Position numbers and translations under genes: made by a program
Assembly (NCBI GenBank): GCA_035489575.1
Contig: DATHJY010000013.1
Location: 91,346 to 155,345 of the forward strand
Length of the DNA: 64,000 nucleotides
Origin: Verrucomicrobiia bacterium
Lineage (GTDB): Bacteria; Patescibacteriota; Saccharimonadia; Saccharimonadales; JAGQNK01
Direction of reading: 5' to 3'
The notes under the pieces: generated by a model
Told to the model about the DNA's origin: nothing
What the model saw: the letters and a program-made list of their open reading frames with translations, nothing else
The model's database searches: none
Part shown: piece by piece, positions 1 through 9,775 of the stretch
Layout: the number at the start of each line of letters is the position of its first letter
Numbering within the stretch: the first letter of the stretch is position 1

Positions 1-616
1 AGCGCCGGGAGGAAGTACCGGCCAGTAAGCGCTTGTCGTACCGGATAGGCAGGTCCGCCCGCGTGAGATGAATGGCAAGATCCAAATCTTCATGCATGGC
101 GCGTACGTGACAGACCTCTTTTCGGACCTTTTTCCAGGCTGATTTGCGCAAGGCAGAATTAGAACCGAATAAAAAGGGAGCATGGGGAGCACCACGGTAT
201 AAGTATTTTCGTACTTGGTGGTCTATCCAGTAATTACGGGGGCTAAATGGCATGTCGTAGTAGAAGACCGGGCCGTTAACTGCTGCATAGTGTTGGTCTT
301 GCATTAGTTTCTTTACGGTCTGCACCCAATGGGGGGGCAAGATGGTGTCACCGTCGATACGTCCGATGATGTCGCTCTTTGCGGCGTCAAATCCGGTGTC
401 TCGGGCAAATACCACGCCCTGGGTTTTTTCGTGGAGCACACGGACAAAGGGAAACTGTTTGGTCATGTCGCGTGTTTTGTCAGTAGAGTTGTTATCTACC
501 AGGATCACTTCATCTGGTAAAACAGTTTGAGCAGCTAGAGCCTCGAGACACCTCTGGATGTGGTGTTCTTCATTGTATACGGGTATAATTATGCTTAAGC
601 TAAATTCTTGAGCCAC
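1..616 (-). CDS. Family-2 glycosyltransferase (GT-A fold); 3-prime end runs off the window
   Basis: Not in the ORF track because there is no stop in the window. My minus-strand translation from GTG at 616 reads MAQEFSLSIIIPVYNEEHHIQRCLEALAAQTVLPDEVILVDNNSTDKTRDM...GRIDGDTILPPHW. This is the typical GT2 N-terminus (IIIPxYNE, VDNxSxD, DxD-like DGD). TATAGT lies 9 nt upstream of the GTG. Confidence 0.7.
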   Translation of the reverse strand, partial: MAQEFSLSIIIPVYNEEHHIQRCLEALAAQTVLPDEVILVDNNSTDKTRDMTKQFPFVRVLHEKTQGVVFARDTGFDAAKSDIIGRIDGDTILPPHWVQTVKKLMQDQHYAAVNGPVFYYDMPFSPRNYWIDHQVRKYLYRGAPHAPFLFGSNSALRKSAWKKVRKEVCHVRAMHEDLDLAIHLTRADLPIRYDKRLLAGTSSRR

Positions 617-646
617 GATATAGACACTATAAAGCCTACCGAAGAA

Positions 647-1768
647 ATGCCAAAAAAAGCGCCTAAATCAACCGCCTCGAGCGGTTCGTCACCACGAAAA
701 CTCCTGGCCCGCGGGAAAGGGTGGTTTGTGCGCTGGCTCCAAAAAGGCTTTTGGCAAAAGGCACTGGCCGTCCTAGTAGCATTGGTTATTGTGTCCCTGA
801 CCGGCATGTTCGCCATTGCCCAGTGGTACTACGCAAAACACCGAGCCGAGCCAGTGCGAATGGGCGCAACCTTTATACCAGACTATGCGCTGCAGCTCGG
901 AGTAGACCCAGACGAAACCCTAGACGCCATCATAAACGACCTGGGCGTAAAGCACCTCCGACTGGTGAGCTATTGGGAAAATGGCGAGATGGTTCAGGGT
1001 ACTTATGATTTTGCATTTTTGGACAAACAAATGGACAAGGCCGCAGAAGCCGACGTGAAGGTGTCACTGGCCATTGGCCTGCGCCAGCCCCGGTGGCCCG
1101 AATGTCACATGCCGGCCTGGGCGGCCAAGCTGCCAATCGGCGAGTGGGAACCACGACTACTAGACTACATAAGTGCTGTCGTAGAGCGCTACCGAAACCA
1201 TCCAGCACTGGATAGCTGGCAGCTAGAGAACGAATTCTTCCTGAAAGCGTTTGGTGATTGCCCAGATCATAGCCGCGATCGGCTGGTCAACGAATTTAAC
1301 CGGGTTAAGCAGCTAGACCCTGACACTACGTTAGTTGTCAGCATGAGCAACAACGCCATCGGTACCCCGATTGGCCAACCAACTCCTGACGAATGGGCTA
1401 TTTCTGTCTATAAACGAGTATGGGATCAGACGCTAACTAAGCGGTATTTTGAGTACCCCATACCAGCCTGGTACTACGCCTTTCGGGCTGGATTCACCGA
1501 GATAACCAGGGGTCATAACTCATTCATACATGAACTCCAGGCCGAAGCCTGGCTGCCGCCCAGCTATACCATGCAGACCGCCCCAATTGATGAGTTTTAC
1601 AAATCACTCAATCCAGAAAGATTGCAGCATCGTTTCCGGTATGCGCAAGCAACCGGGATGAAGAAAATCGACCTATGGGGAGCGGAGTGGTGGTATTACA
1701 TGAAGGTCCGTCGAAATGCCCCAGAGCTCTGGAATGTAGCAAAACAAGAATACGGGAGAGTCCAATGA
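647..1768 (+). CDS. Membrane-anchored TIM-barrel glycoside hydrolase (GH5/GH42-like), paralog 1
   Basis: ORF-track frame 608..1768; I prefer ATG 647 (MPKKAPKS...), with TTG 608 as the alternative. It has an N-terminal TM helix (ALAVLVALVIVSLTGMFAIAQWYY). It then reads LRLVSYWENGEMVQGTYDFAFLDKQMD...GLRQPRWPECHMPAW...WQLENEFF, which is the acid/base NE pattern of clan GH-A. Confidence 0.55.
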   Translation: MPKKAPKSTASSGSSPRKLLARGKGWFVRWLQKGFWQKALAVLVALVIVSLTGMFAIAQWYYAKHRAEPVRMGATFIPDYALQLGVDPDETLDAIINDLGVKHLRLVSYWENGEMVQGTYDFAFLDKQMDKAAEADVKVSLAIGLRQPRWPECHMPAWAAKLPIGEWEPRLLDYISAVVERYRNHPALDSWQLENEFFLKAFGDCPDHSRDRLVNEFNRVKQLDPDTTLVVSMSNNAIGTPIGQPTPDEWAISVYKRVWDQTLTKRYFEYPIPAWYYAFRAGFTEITRGHNSFIHELQAEAWLPPSYTMQTAPIDEFYKSLNPERLQHRFRYAQATGMKKIDLWGAEWWYYMKVRRNAPELWNVAKQEYGRVQ

Positions 1769-2676
1769 TAGACCCAGAACGGTATGGTGTAAGCTTTTCA
1801 GTGAAACAGTGCAGACGCTTCGAGAGCGACCCGGAAAAGACCCTGGCCTGGCTACTAGACGAAGCCGGCTTTCGGCGCGTACGTCTGATGAGCTACTGGA
1901 ACGAGCACGAGAAAGAAAAAGGGGTCTACGATTTTACCACCCTGGACAAGCAGCTAGACCTCGTTGAAAAAGCCGGGGGTGTCGTAACGATGTGCCTCGG
2001 AGTTCGTCAACCACGCTGGCCAGAATTTCACTGGCCAGACTGGGCCTGGGAGGCGCCAAAGCCAGAACGCGACGAGGCGCTCCTAAAATATGTAGAAGTA
2101 GTAGTGGAACGTTATAAAGACAGAAAAAGCATTGTCAGCTGGCAGCTAGAAAACGAAGCACTGCTGACCGGCTTTGGCGAGCGCATAGAGATTGACAGAG
2201 CACGTCTGCGCAAAGAATATGCGCTTGTTAAAAAACTAGACACGTCGCCGCGCCCGGTCATTATGAGCACCAGCGCCGCCTGGGGTATTCCTATTATCGG
2301 ACCCATCCCTAACATGTCAGCTTTTTCCTACTACCTGATCCGCTGGAAGGACACCAAGTACACCACCACCTATCATGCCGCCTTTATCCATCGCATCCGT
2401 GCCTTTTTGATTCGTCTGTTGTGGCGCATTCCCAGTTTTATTCACGAATTACAAATGGAGCCCTGGGGACCAAAAGACATCTGGGAAATGACACCAGAAC
2501 AGCAAGACCAATCTATGGGACCTGCCCAAATACACAAAAACTTTGGTGCCGGCCGCAAAACCAACCTCTACCCACTGGATCTATGGGGCGGGGAATGGTG
2601 GTACTGGCGCCTGACTACCCTGAAAGATCCCACTACCTGGGACGCTGTCAGGCAGGAACTCGCCAACGATCTGTAA
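1765..2676 (+). CDS. TIM-barrel glycoside hydrolase (GH5/GH42-like), paralog 2, no TM anchor
   Basis: MIDPERYGVSFSVKQ...VRLMSYWNEHEKEKGVYDFTTLDKQLD...GVRQPRWPEFHWPDW...WQLENEALL is clearly paralogous to the upstream gene. ATG 1765 overlaps the upstream TGA (ATGA). Confidence 0.55.
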   Translation: MIDPERYGVSFSVKQCRRFESDPEKTLAWLLDEAGFRRVRLMSYWNEHEKEKGVYDFTTLDKQLDLVEKAGGVVTMCLGVRQPRWPEFHWPDWAWEAPKPERDEALLKYVEVVVERYKDRKSIVSWQLENEALLTGFGERIEIDRARLRKEYALVKKLDTSPRPVIMSTSAAWGIPIIGPIPNMSAFSYYLIRWKDTKYTTTYHAAFIHRIRAFLIRLLWRIPSFIHELQMEPWGPKDIWEMTPEQQDQSMGPAQIHKNFGAGRKTNLYPLDLWGGEWWYWRLTTLKDPTTWDAVRQELANDL

Positions 2677-3628
2677 AGCGTAAAACATCCTCGATAAGGC
2701 CTACGGGTCGTTCTGGGTTGAACTGCTCGTCGTTATGCGAGGCGTGTTTGCCGCTACGGATTTTATTGTCGGCAGTTGGCTGAAGAGAAATTGGCGTTGC
2801 ATAACGTACCCCCGCCTCTATGGCTACCGTCATGGTCGACTCCATAACACGATCCGGGTAAAGTCGGTCCTCGGCAAAGGCTGCGACCACGATCACGCCA
2901 AGTTCTGAGGCGGTTAGAACTGGATAATCCATCCGTAGCCGTGTAAGTTCCCACATTTCGCGAATGGTACGTGGCATATTAGCCATGAAATTCTTGGCTC
3001 CGGCCCTAGCCATGTCACCCGGATCTGGCATATCCTTGGCAGTCCTGGCTTCTGTAATAGTGTTTACGAGGAAACGGCCAGCTAGGGAGCCAAACCATTC
3101 ATGGTCGTTGGATCCAGCAGGAGCCAGCATGACTACCTTTGAATCTGTAAAGTAGGATCGCTGCCGTTCGTTTGCGAGCCGGTGCATAGCCTGAAAGATA
3201 AGTGACCCGTAGCTGTGCGTGACAAAGTCAACAGGCCCTTCCGTTTCCGTATGCCCCAACAGAGCCAAATAGTTCATGGCCTGGGAATATGTAGCGCTTC
3301 GCTTGTTCGTAGGGTCACGCAAGATACCGCTACGATTCTGTCCGGGCAACAAAGTATCAAACCCCCGATGAGCCATTTCAGCGGCAAAGGGAAGCTTGGC
3401 GACGACCCCTGCTGTAAAGCCAGGAATCACAAGTACCGGCCTTTCGTACCGAGGCTCTGCAGGATCAAGCCGAAGAACTGGCAAGGTTTCTCCTGGCGCC
3501 GAGCAGTGGGGGAGGGGAATCTGACGCACACCAGCAGCAATCCGCTCCATGATATCGTCTCCAAAACATTCCTGGAGTTGGTTCGTGTAAGCTTTGCTTG
3601 GCTCTAGTTCTAGACCCTCAACTGCCAT
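2648..3628 (-). CDS. Alpha/beta-hydrolase fold protein
   Basis: 326-aa ORF with a nucleophile elbow VTHSYGS (GxSxG-type) and a PVLVIPGFTAG oxyanion-region-like segment. Its 3-prime end overlaps the convergent hydrolase gene by 29 nt. Confidence 0.55.
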   Translation of the reverse strand: MAVEGLELEPSKAYTNQLQECFGDDIMERIAAGVRQIPLPHCSAPGETLPVLRLDPAEPRYERPVLVIPGFTAGVVAKLPFAAEMAHRGFDTLLPGQNRSGILRDPTNKRSATYSQAMNYLALLGHTETEGPVDFVTHSYGSLIFQAMHRLANERQRSYFTDSKVVMLAPAGSNDHEWFGSLAGRFLVNTITEARTAKDMPDPGDMARAGAKNFMANMPRTIREMWELTRLRMDYPVLTASELGVIVVAAFAEDRLYPDRVMESTMTVAIEAGVRYATPISLQPTADNKIRSGKHASHNDEQFNPERPVGLIEDVLRFTDRWRVPA

Positions 3629-3633
3629 GTCAT

Positions 3634-4779
3634 TTATACCCGCTCTCCATAATTATTGTGCAGGGCGTGATTTTCGACAACCGTAAGCGCATCTGGCGTA
3701 GAGGTGCCAAAGGCGTGAGTTCCGTTGATGATAAGCTGCCTCACAACCCCTGGCAGCTCAGAAGGGTCAGCTTCTTTTACTACTTCTTCAAAAACTGTCT
3801 TTACATCGCCCGGTCGATTTAACTCGCTATATATAGGAGAGATAAACGTCATGTTACCGGTCACGTTCGGCATGGCGTCGCCTATCGCCTCGCCCAATTT
3901 TCCGCGAGCCATCGACAGCGGCAGGCGAATAACCTGCGTCATGAAGCGCTTCTCCAGGATGAGTCTGGCAACGCTTCTTGCAACTTCGGCATGCGATATA
4001 CCCTCGCTACGTATGCGGGCAGCTTCGGGGTCAAAGCCAGGCACACTTGCGTAAGCAAGAGCATGTTTCGCCTCACCATCAAGAAAATAATGTCTCATGC
4101 CCCGAAGCAATGCAATGGTTTCCAGGGCGGCTATGTTCGATTTTTCACCAACACGCAATTCGCGGGAGCCCGGAGAGTCAAATACACTGATAGCCTTCAC
4201 AGGCCGCTCTAGCTGGGCGGCCACCTCCAGTCCAACCAATCCACCTTCGGATCGAGCGCGAATAGTGAGCACATAGTCTTCGAAGGCCGAGGCCAGACCG
4301 CCCAGTACTACTTCGGCAAAAGCAGTGTGCCGACCAGAACGGGCCACTTCCTTAGACACAGCGCGCGGCAAAGGGTCAGACTCACCAGTGTTGGGGTGGT
4401 CAGATACCAGCAATCGCATGCCTGGACTCATTCTTAAAATACCGGCAATTTCCCGGATCATTGACTCGTCCCGACATCTGCCCCAGTTCATAAACAAGGC
4501 CGTGATCTCGCCCGAATCACTGTCGTCCCCCAAGATGGAGTAAGCTACTTGTCGGCCTTTTGGCCCACCTTTGTATGGCTTTTCGAATAGCTCACGTATT
4601 GCTACCACGTCAGGATCGGTTGCCGTGGGTGGGCTATCGTATTGCTCGGGCGGGACAAAAGCAAAGGGTTCTAGTTCCTCTACTTGACCACAAGTGTCGG
4701 GCGTGAAGCAACGTGACAGTATCTCTACCCCGTCGGTTAGATCATAATCAATAACATTCGTAAGCGCCTGTTCAGTCAT
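3634..4779 (-). CDS. Hypothetical protein, possibly a divergent alpha/beta-hydrolase fold
   Basis: 381-aa ORF located 5 nt upstream of the preceding hydrolase gene on the same strand. Its only hydrolase-like hint is IRARSEGGLVG. No family recognised. Confidence 0.4.
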   Translation of the reverse strand: MTEQALTNVIDYDLTDGVEILSRCFTPDTCGQVEELEPFAFVPPEQYDSPPTATDPDVVAIRELFEKPYKGGPKGRQVAYSILGDDSDSGEITALFMNWGRCRDESMIREIAGILRMSPGMRLLVSDHPNTGESDPLPRAVSKEVARSGRHTAFAEVVLGGLASAFEDYVLTIRARSEGGLVGLEVAAQLERPVKAISVFDSPGSRELRVGEKSNIAALETIALLRGMRHYFLDGEAKHALAYASVPGFDPEAARIRSEGISHAEVARSVARLILEKRFMTQVIRLPLSMARGKLGEAIGDAMPNVTGNMTFISPIYSELNRPGDVKTVFEEVVKEADPSELPGVVRQLIINGTHAFGTSTPDALTVVENHALHNNYGERV

Positions 4780-4842
4780 TTTGCGTAGTATACAACCTTT
4801 TTAATATTTTTCAATACCTTCATCTTCGGTTACAATAGGAGC

Positions 4843-5304
4843 ATGGTGAAAAAGAAATCGCCCCAAACCAAACGAATAAGCAATCGACGCGCGCGCTTTG
4901 ACTACGATCTAGGCGATGGGTTAATCGTGGGCATCGCTTTGACCGGAGCAGAGACGAAGTCATTGCGCCGAGGACATGGCCATATTCGCGGTTCTTACGT
5001 AACTATCAAAAATGATGAACTGTGGCTCACCAACGCCACTATTACCGGAGATTCTAGCATACCTATATCTGAAGAGCAGCAAACCCGTAGCCGCAAACTG
5101 CTGGCAAAGCGTAAAGAAATTGCCGAATTGATAGCCGCCAAGCAGCAAGGTCAGACCATTGTTCCACTCGAGATATTAACCGGCAGTCGTTATATAAAAG
5201 TTCGTATCTCTTCAGGCCGTGGTAAAAAGCACTATGACAAACGACAGGTCCTGAAGCACAGAGACCAAGCCCGCGAGATGCAGCGAGCAATCAGTCAACG
5301 ATAG
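4843..5304 (+). CDS. smpB: SsrA-binding protein SmpB
   Basis: KRISNRRARFDYDLGDGLIVGIALTGAETKSLR...LLAKRKEIAELIAAKQQGQTIVPLEI...YIKVRISSGRGKKHYDKR matches the canonical SmpB layout. Confidence 0.9.
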   Translation: MVKKKSPQTKRISNRRARFDYDLGDGLIVGIALTGAETKSLRRGHGHIRGSYVTIKNDELWLTNATITGDSSIPISEEQQTRSRKLLAKRKEIAELIAAKQQGQTIVPLEILTGSRYIKVRISSGRGKKHYDKRQVLKHRDQAREMQRAISQR

Positions 5305-5385
5305 AAAAGAGAAGGGTAGCAGGCAAAATTCTGGACGTAGTGGCGTATACTTTGTGGTAAATAGAGAGTTACATAGAGAACCAAA

Positions 5386-6408
5386 ATGACGAGAAAATCA
5401 AAAAAAACCAACAAGCCACTCCTCAGCCACCACCGGCACACAGCCAAAGTTTTGCCACACCACCATACCTCGTGGCCTTTTGTGGTTTTATTATTACTGA
5501 TGGTAGGCGTGGTACTAGTGCAGGCTACCTACCAAGCCCGAGCAGCTGATATGGCGGTAACTGCCACAGCAGAGGGGCCCGTGCCAACAGTACCGGCAGT
5601 TATTACGGATCCTCAGGCTGGCGCGGCTGTTACAGACATGCCCATACAAGTTGCCGGCACTTGCCAAGCACCGTATGTAGTGAGGCTGTACCGCAACCAA
5701 GTCTTTAGCGGCTCTGCCCAGTGCCAGACAGACAATACCTTTCGGATCCTGACTGATCTTTTCGAGGGAAGAAACGAACTAGAAGCTCGCATATTTAACT
5801 TTGCCGACCAGGAGGGCCCAGCGCCCGCCAAAATTATCATCATGTACGACCCACCGTCTGATTCACCACCAAGCGGCACCGTGGATGAGTCATCTGGAGA
5901 AATTCAGGAGCCATTTCTGCTAACTACCGACCAATTTTTCAAAGCAAACCAGGACAAAACACGCATAGACTGGACCTTTGGGATAACCGGCGGCACCGGG
6001 CCGTATGTCGCAGAAGTAGATTGGGGGGATGGAGATAAATCGACGGCTAAAGGCCTCGAGACAAACAGTTTTTCGGTGTCACATGAATATACGAAAAAAT
6101 CGGCAGCTCGGGCCTACTACAAAATGCAGGTCACCGCAACAGACACATCAGACCATACGGCACACCTGCAAGTTTTTGCCGTCCTGAACTATTCGGTGGA
6201 AACAGGCGGGGGAGGTGGTCTGTCAGCAGGTCCTATATCGACAATACCACCGCCCGCTGGCATGTCACAAAATGTTACTTATATATGGGGAGCCTACACC
6301 GCGACCAGTTTGATGGCTATTAGCTTTTGGCTGGGTCAGCACGTTATTGCCGCCGGCATTGGTGGACATACATGGCCGCTCAAACTGAGGTTTCCCAAAT
6401 TCTGGTAG
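5386..6408 (+). CDS. Membrane-anchored protein with a PKD/Ig-like module
   Basis: It has a basic N-terminus plus a TM helix (WPFVVLLLLMVGVVLV). A PKD-like core reads WTFGITGGTGPYVAEVDWGDGDKS...HEYTK. A C-terminal hydrophobic segment is present. Confidence 0.5.
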   Translation: MTRKSKKTNKPLLSHHRHTAKVLPHHHTSWPFVVLLLLMVGVVLVQATYQARAADMAVTATAEGPVPTVPAVITDPQAGAAVTDMPIQVAGTCQAPYVVRLYRNQVFSGSAQCQTDNTFRILTDLFEGRNELEARIFNFADQEGPAPAKIIIMYDPPSDSPPSGTVDESSGEIQEPFLLTTDQFFKANQDKTRIDWTFGITGGTGPYVAEVDWGDGDKSTAKGLETNSFSVSHEYTKKSAARAYYKMQVTATDTSDHTAHLQVFAVLNYSVETGGGGGLSAGPISTIPPPAGMSQNVTYIWGAYTATSLMAISFWLGQHVIAAGIGGHTWPLKLRFPKFW

Positions 6409-6629
6409 ACCGGCCCTAACCACAAGCAGTTTGCAATAAATATATACAATAGACTACAGTTATGTCATGACACGGAGCCCATTTCAGACCTCTTGTTTGT
6501 TAAGTGAAAGCCTTTCTGGCGAGTGCCATTTGTCAGTTCTTCTGAGAAGATGTACCCGTAGGTACATCGCCGAGGAAAACTGGCAAAGGGTGCCGTCAGA
6601 ATGGATTGAAGCTGAATGGGAGTTCTGAA

Positions 6630-7253
6630 ATGGGCTCTATGAGAGGTTTGCGGGAAAGACCCAGTCAGTATGCGCCAGAGGCTACTGAGGTACAAAAATC
6701 CCGTGGTTGGTGGGGGCCAAAAAGAATCCTGGGCATTGTGATGCTGTTTGGCGCTGGTTTTTTTATATGGGGATACCACTATATTCAGTCACCGGCCGAA
6801 GGCACAGTCCGAACAACAGGGCCGACACCTCGGACCGAGGGGGTGTCTACAACAATATTCACTGGTAAATCGTTCACCGTAGAGTTGCCCGGGACCTACA
6901 AATCCCTCAAGGTCGACGCCGCCAAAGCACCGACACAGGAGCTGGCCAGCCTCAGCCAAGTGTCTGCCCTGGAGAATCGACGTATAAGTATCACTATCAA
7001 AAACTCACCCCCCGCAAATTTCAGCGAAGAATCAGCTCTGCAGTTCCGACAACACAGTGCCGAATATGTATCTGGCGACGCTGAAGTAGCCGGCCAGAAG
7101 GCTATCGAAACAAGTAAAAAGGACGGCTCAGAAATTACTTACTTTGTTCCAGGCAAAAACGCTTATGCTATTATTGCAACCACCTCGACCAATCCCCGCG
7201 ACAGCTACAATCAAGAAATTACCGAAATAATAAATAGTTTCAAATGGAGATAA
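6630..7253 (+). CDS. Hypothetical N-terminally anchored protein
   Basis: Frame of ORF 6606..7253; ATG 6630 is preferred. It has a TM helix (ILGIVMLFGAGFFIWGY). No family recognised. Confidence 0.4.
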   Translation: MGSMRGLRERPSQYAPEATEVQKSRGWWGPKRILGIVMLFGAGFFIWGYHYIQSPAEGTVRTTGPTPRTEGVSTTIFTGKSFTVELPGTYKSLKVDAAKAPTQELASLSQVSALENRRISITIKNSPPANFSEESALQFRQHSAEYVSGDAEVAGQKAIETSKKDGSEITYFVPGKNAYAIIATTSTNPRDSYNQEITEIINSFKWR

Positions 7254-7422
7254 CTGTAGCCAGAGTAATACAAAACCCGCCTTTTTAGCCAGATGATCTG
7301 GCTGAGTCAGAAACTTTCAGACTGAGTGAAGCATATCCATAGATACGGTGAGTGAAGTCTGGGAGATTCTGGCCAGTCAGGCGCTGGCTAGGAAGCGAGT
7401 TTTGTATTATTCTGGCTATATT

Positions 7423-8490
7423 ATGGCACCCATAAAAATTGCGGCCGCGTTGAGCGTAGGGCTGGTCACGCTTTTTGCCCAGTCGTCCAGCGGCACCTAC
7501 CGGCTGGACTCGTACGGCATTGGTTCTGGCGGCAATGCCGGCAGCCAGTCCACCACCTACCAGTCGACCACTATATCTGGTCAAACCTCTACGGCGCCAG
7601 GTAACACCAGCACGACTTACGAGCTGCAAAGCGGGGTGCCAGCAACCCATGCCGCCAACGTGCCTGCTGCACCCAACATGACCAACCCGGCGACCTATTA
7701 CAACAAATTGCATATTGTTTTAGACACCGGCGGCAACCCGACTGACGCCAAGTTTGCCGTTGCCATTAGCACCGACAGCTTCGCGTCTACGCAGTATGTC
7801 CAGAGCGACAATACCGTTGGCCCCACTCTGGGTAGCGAAGACTGGCAAACCTACGCAACGTGGGGCAGCGCCGCCGGCGTAGACATCATTGGGCTAAGCT
7901 CTAACACCACCTACTACGCAAAAGTAAAAGCCACTCGAGGCTTGTATACCGAGGCCAAGTACAGTGCCGTAGATACGGCCGTCACCACCGGACAATCGCT
8001 GACCTTTGATATTGACGTGTCGGCTTCTGACATCGAAACCGGACCACCATACACCACCAACTTTGGCGGCCTGTTGCCGGGCACAGTAACAGACAGTCCA
8101 CAGCGTATTTGGATTGACTTTGATACCAATGGCACAACTGGTGGCTATATCTTTATTGCTTCAGTAAACAATGGACTACACAGTGTCACCACGGGGGCCA
8201 CCATTGCCTCGGCCACTGGCGACTTGTCTGTGCTCGGTGCAGGCCTGGGAGCCAAAAGCATGTCAGCTACCCAGTCCGCCGGCGGACCGCTGGCGGTGCA
8301 GTCACCCTATAACGGTGCCTCGAACAATGTCGGAGTGCTCAACTCTACCTTGGCCCAAGTCTATTCATCCGGAGCAGCCATCACCGCCGGCCGGGGATCG
8401 CTGGTGCTAAAAGCCAAATCTCAGACTTCTACACCAGCCGGCAATGACTATACAGACAGACTCACCCTTGTTGCTGCCGTGGGTTTTTAG
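7423..8490 (+). CDS. Secreted surface protein: FN3-like module + WxL-like C-terminal domain
   Basis: Frame of ORF 7348..8490; start at MAPIKIAAALSVGLVTLFAQSSSG (signal-like). The FN3-like stretch reads PAAPNMTNPATYYNKLHIVLDTGGNPTDAKFAV...YYAKVKATRG. The C-terminus reads ...GNDYTDRLTLVAAVGF. Confidence 0.45.
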   Translation: MAPIKIAAALSVGLVTLFAQSSSGTYRLDSYGIGSGGNAGSQSTTYQSTTISGQTSTAPGNTSTTYELQSGVPATHAANVPAAPNMTNPATYYNKLHIVLDTGGNPTDAKFAVAISTDSFASTQYVQSDNTVGPTLGSEDWQTYATWGSAAGVDIIGLSSNTTYYAKVKATRGLYTEAKYSAVDTAVTTGQSLTFDIDVSASDIETGPPYTTNFGGLLPGTVTDSPQRIWIDFDTNGTTGGYIFIASVNNGLHSVTTGATIASATGDLSVLGAGLGAKSMSATQSAGGPLAVQSPYNGASNNVGVLNSTLAQVYSSGAAITAGRGSLVLKAKSQTSTPAGNDYTDRLTLVAAVGF

Positions 8491-8560
8491 GATTTTTCCA
8501 TACACACCACGTCTGTAAAATATTTCACACTCTTCACCTCTAAAGCTTGTTGAATTTCTG

Positions 8561-8589
8561 TTGACATAAAAGCACAAGCACAATACGCT
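8561..8589 (+). promoter_or_regulatory. Sigma70-type promoter candidate (TTGACA-17-TACGCT)
   Basis: TTGACA at 8561-8566, a 17-nt spacer, then TACGCT at 8584-8589, lying 41 nt upstream of ATG 8630. Confidence 0.35.
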
Positions 8590-8629
8590 TAATGAGAAGT
8601 TAATAATCGTTAAGCGAAAGAAAACCAAT

Positions 8630-9703
8630 ATGAACAAAAGTATCAAAAAGTTTGTGCCGCTGCTGGCGGCTTTTGCACTCTGTTTGCAACTGTCTTACGG
8701 GCTATTCGTGGGCCAAGCTTCGGCTGCCTCACTGAGCTATACATTGGTTCGCTTTAATCGAATGAAACAATCTACTGGTGGGGCAGGCGATGTCTTTACT
8801 GATGGTACCGTATGCGCTACCGCAGCCAGCACCGCCACCGAAACCTCGGTAAAAGTTACCTTCCCAACGGGCACTGTTGTGAGCAGCACCGTTGGCAACT
8901 GGGCCGTAAGCACTGCCGCTACCACCGGCTGGCCAAGTGGTGCAGTCGCCTGGCCGGGCATTGCGGCACCAACTGGCACAGGTGAGTTTGTCATCTCTGG
9001 TCAATCAGTGAACTTTGGTAGCAGCGACCTGACCGCCACTACCAGGTATTGCTTTAACTGGACAAATACTACTACCGCACTAAAGACAAACACCAGCGCA
9101 GGCGCCAGCCAATCCGGACAAGTTATCACCCAAACTACCGGTGGAGTTGCGAGTGATACGGGCGACTACTCGACTGCTACCATTGCCAACGATCAGGTGG
9201 TAGTCAGCGCTAGTGTACCGCCCAGCTTTACTTTTGCCCTCAGCGGCAATACAACTGGATTTGGTGGCCTGAGCTCTGGTGCTGTTGGCTCAACCACGCC
9301 CAACCGTACCGTAACTATTACAACCAATGCCGCCAATGGCTGGGTTGCATGGGTCAAAGACTCAAACGTCGGACTTACTTCTGCAGCAGCCAGCAAGACT
9401 ATACCCACTATCGGCACGGTAGACGGCACACCCAGCACGCTATCAGCCGGAACTGAAGGCTATGTACTAGATGTCGACGAGACAGCCGACCCCGGCGGTA
9501 CCGTAACCGTAGACGCCGAATACAACGGTGGTGCTAACGCTGGCGGTACGCTAAGTAGCACTTTCCGGACCGCAGCCGTAGGCACAGCGCCAACAAGTGG
9601 TGACGTCGTTACGCTGGTGGGCAAAGCCGCTATTGCCGGTAACACGCAAGCTGCAACCGACTACACCGACACCTGGACTATCATCGGCGCAGGCGCATTC
9701 TAG
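8630..9703 (+). CDS. Secreted T/S/G-rich surface protein with WxL-like domain
   Basis: Signal peptide MNKSIKKFVPLLAAFALCLQLSYGLFVGQASA. Internal segment PPSFTFALSGNTTGFGGL...TTNAANGWVAWVKDSNVGLTS. C-terminus ...ATDYTDTWTIIGAGAF, shared with the upstream gene. Confidence 0.45.
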   Translation: MNKSIKKFVPLLAAFALCLQLSYGLFVGQASAASLSYTLVRFNRMKQSTGGAGDVFTDGTVCATAASTATETSVKVTFPTGTVVSSTVGNWAVSTAATTGWPSGAVAWPGIAAPTGTGEFVISGQSVNFGSSDLTATTRYCFNWTNTTTALKTNTSAGASQSGQVITQTTGGVASDTGDYSTATIANDQVVVSASVPPSFTFALSGNTTGFGGLSSGAVGSTTPNRTVTITTNAANGWVAWVKDSNVGLTSAAASKTIPTIGTVDGTPSTLSAGTEGYVLDVDETADPGGTVTVDAEYNGGANAGGTLSSTFRTAAVGTAPTSGDVVTLVGKAAIAGNTQAATDYTDTWTIIGAGAF

Positions 9704-9775
9704 AACTTACAATAAACTTTTTTTGACAGAGCTTTCGGAAGTAAAAGGGGAGACTTCTTGTATACTGAAGTAACT

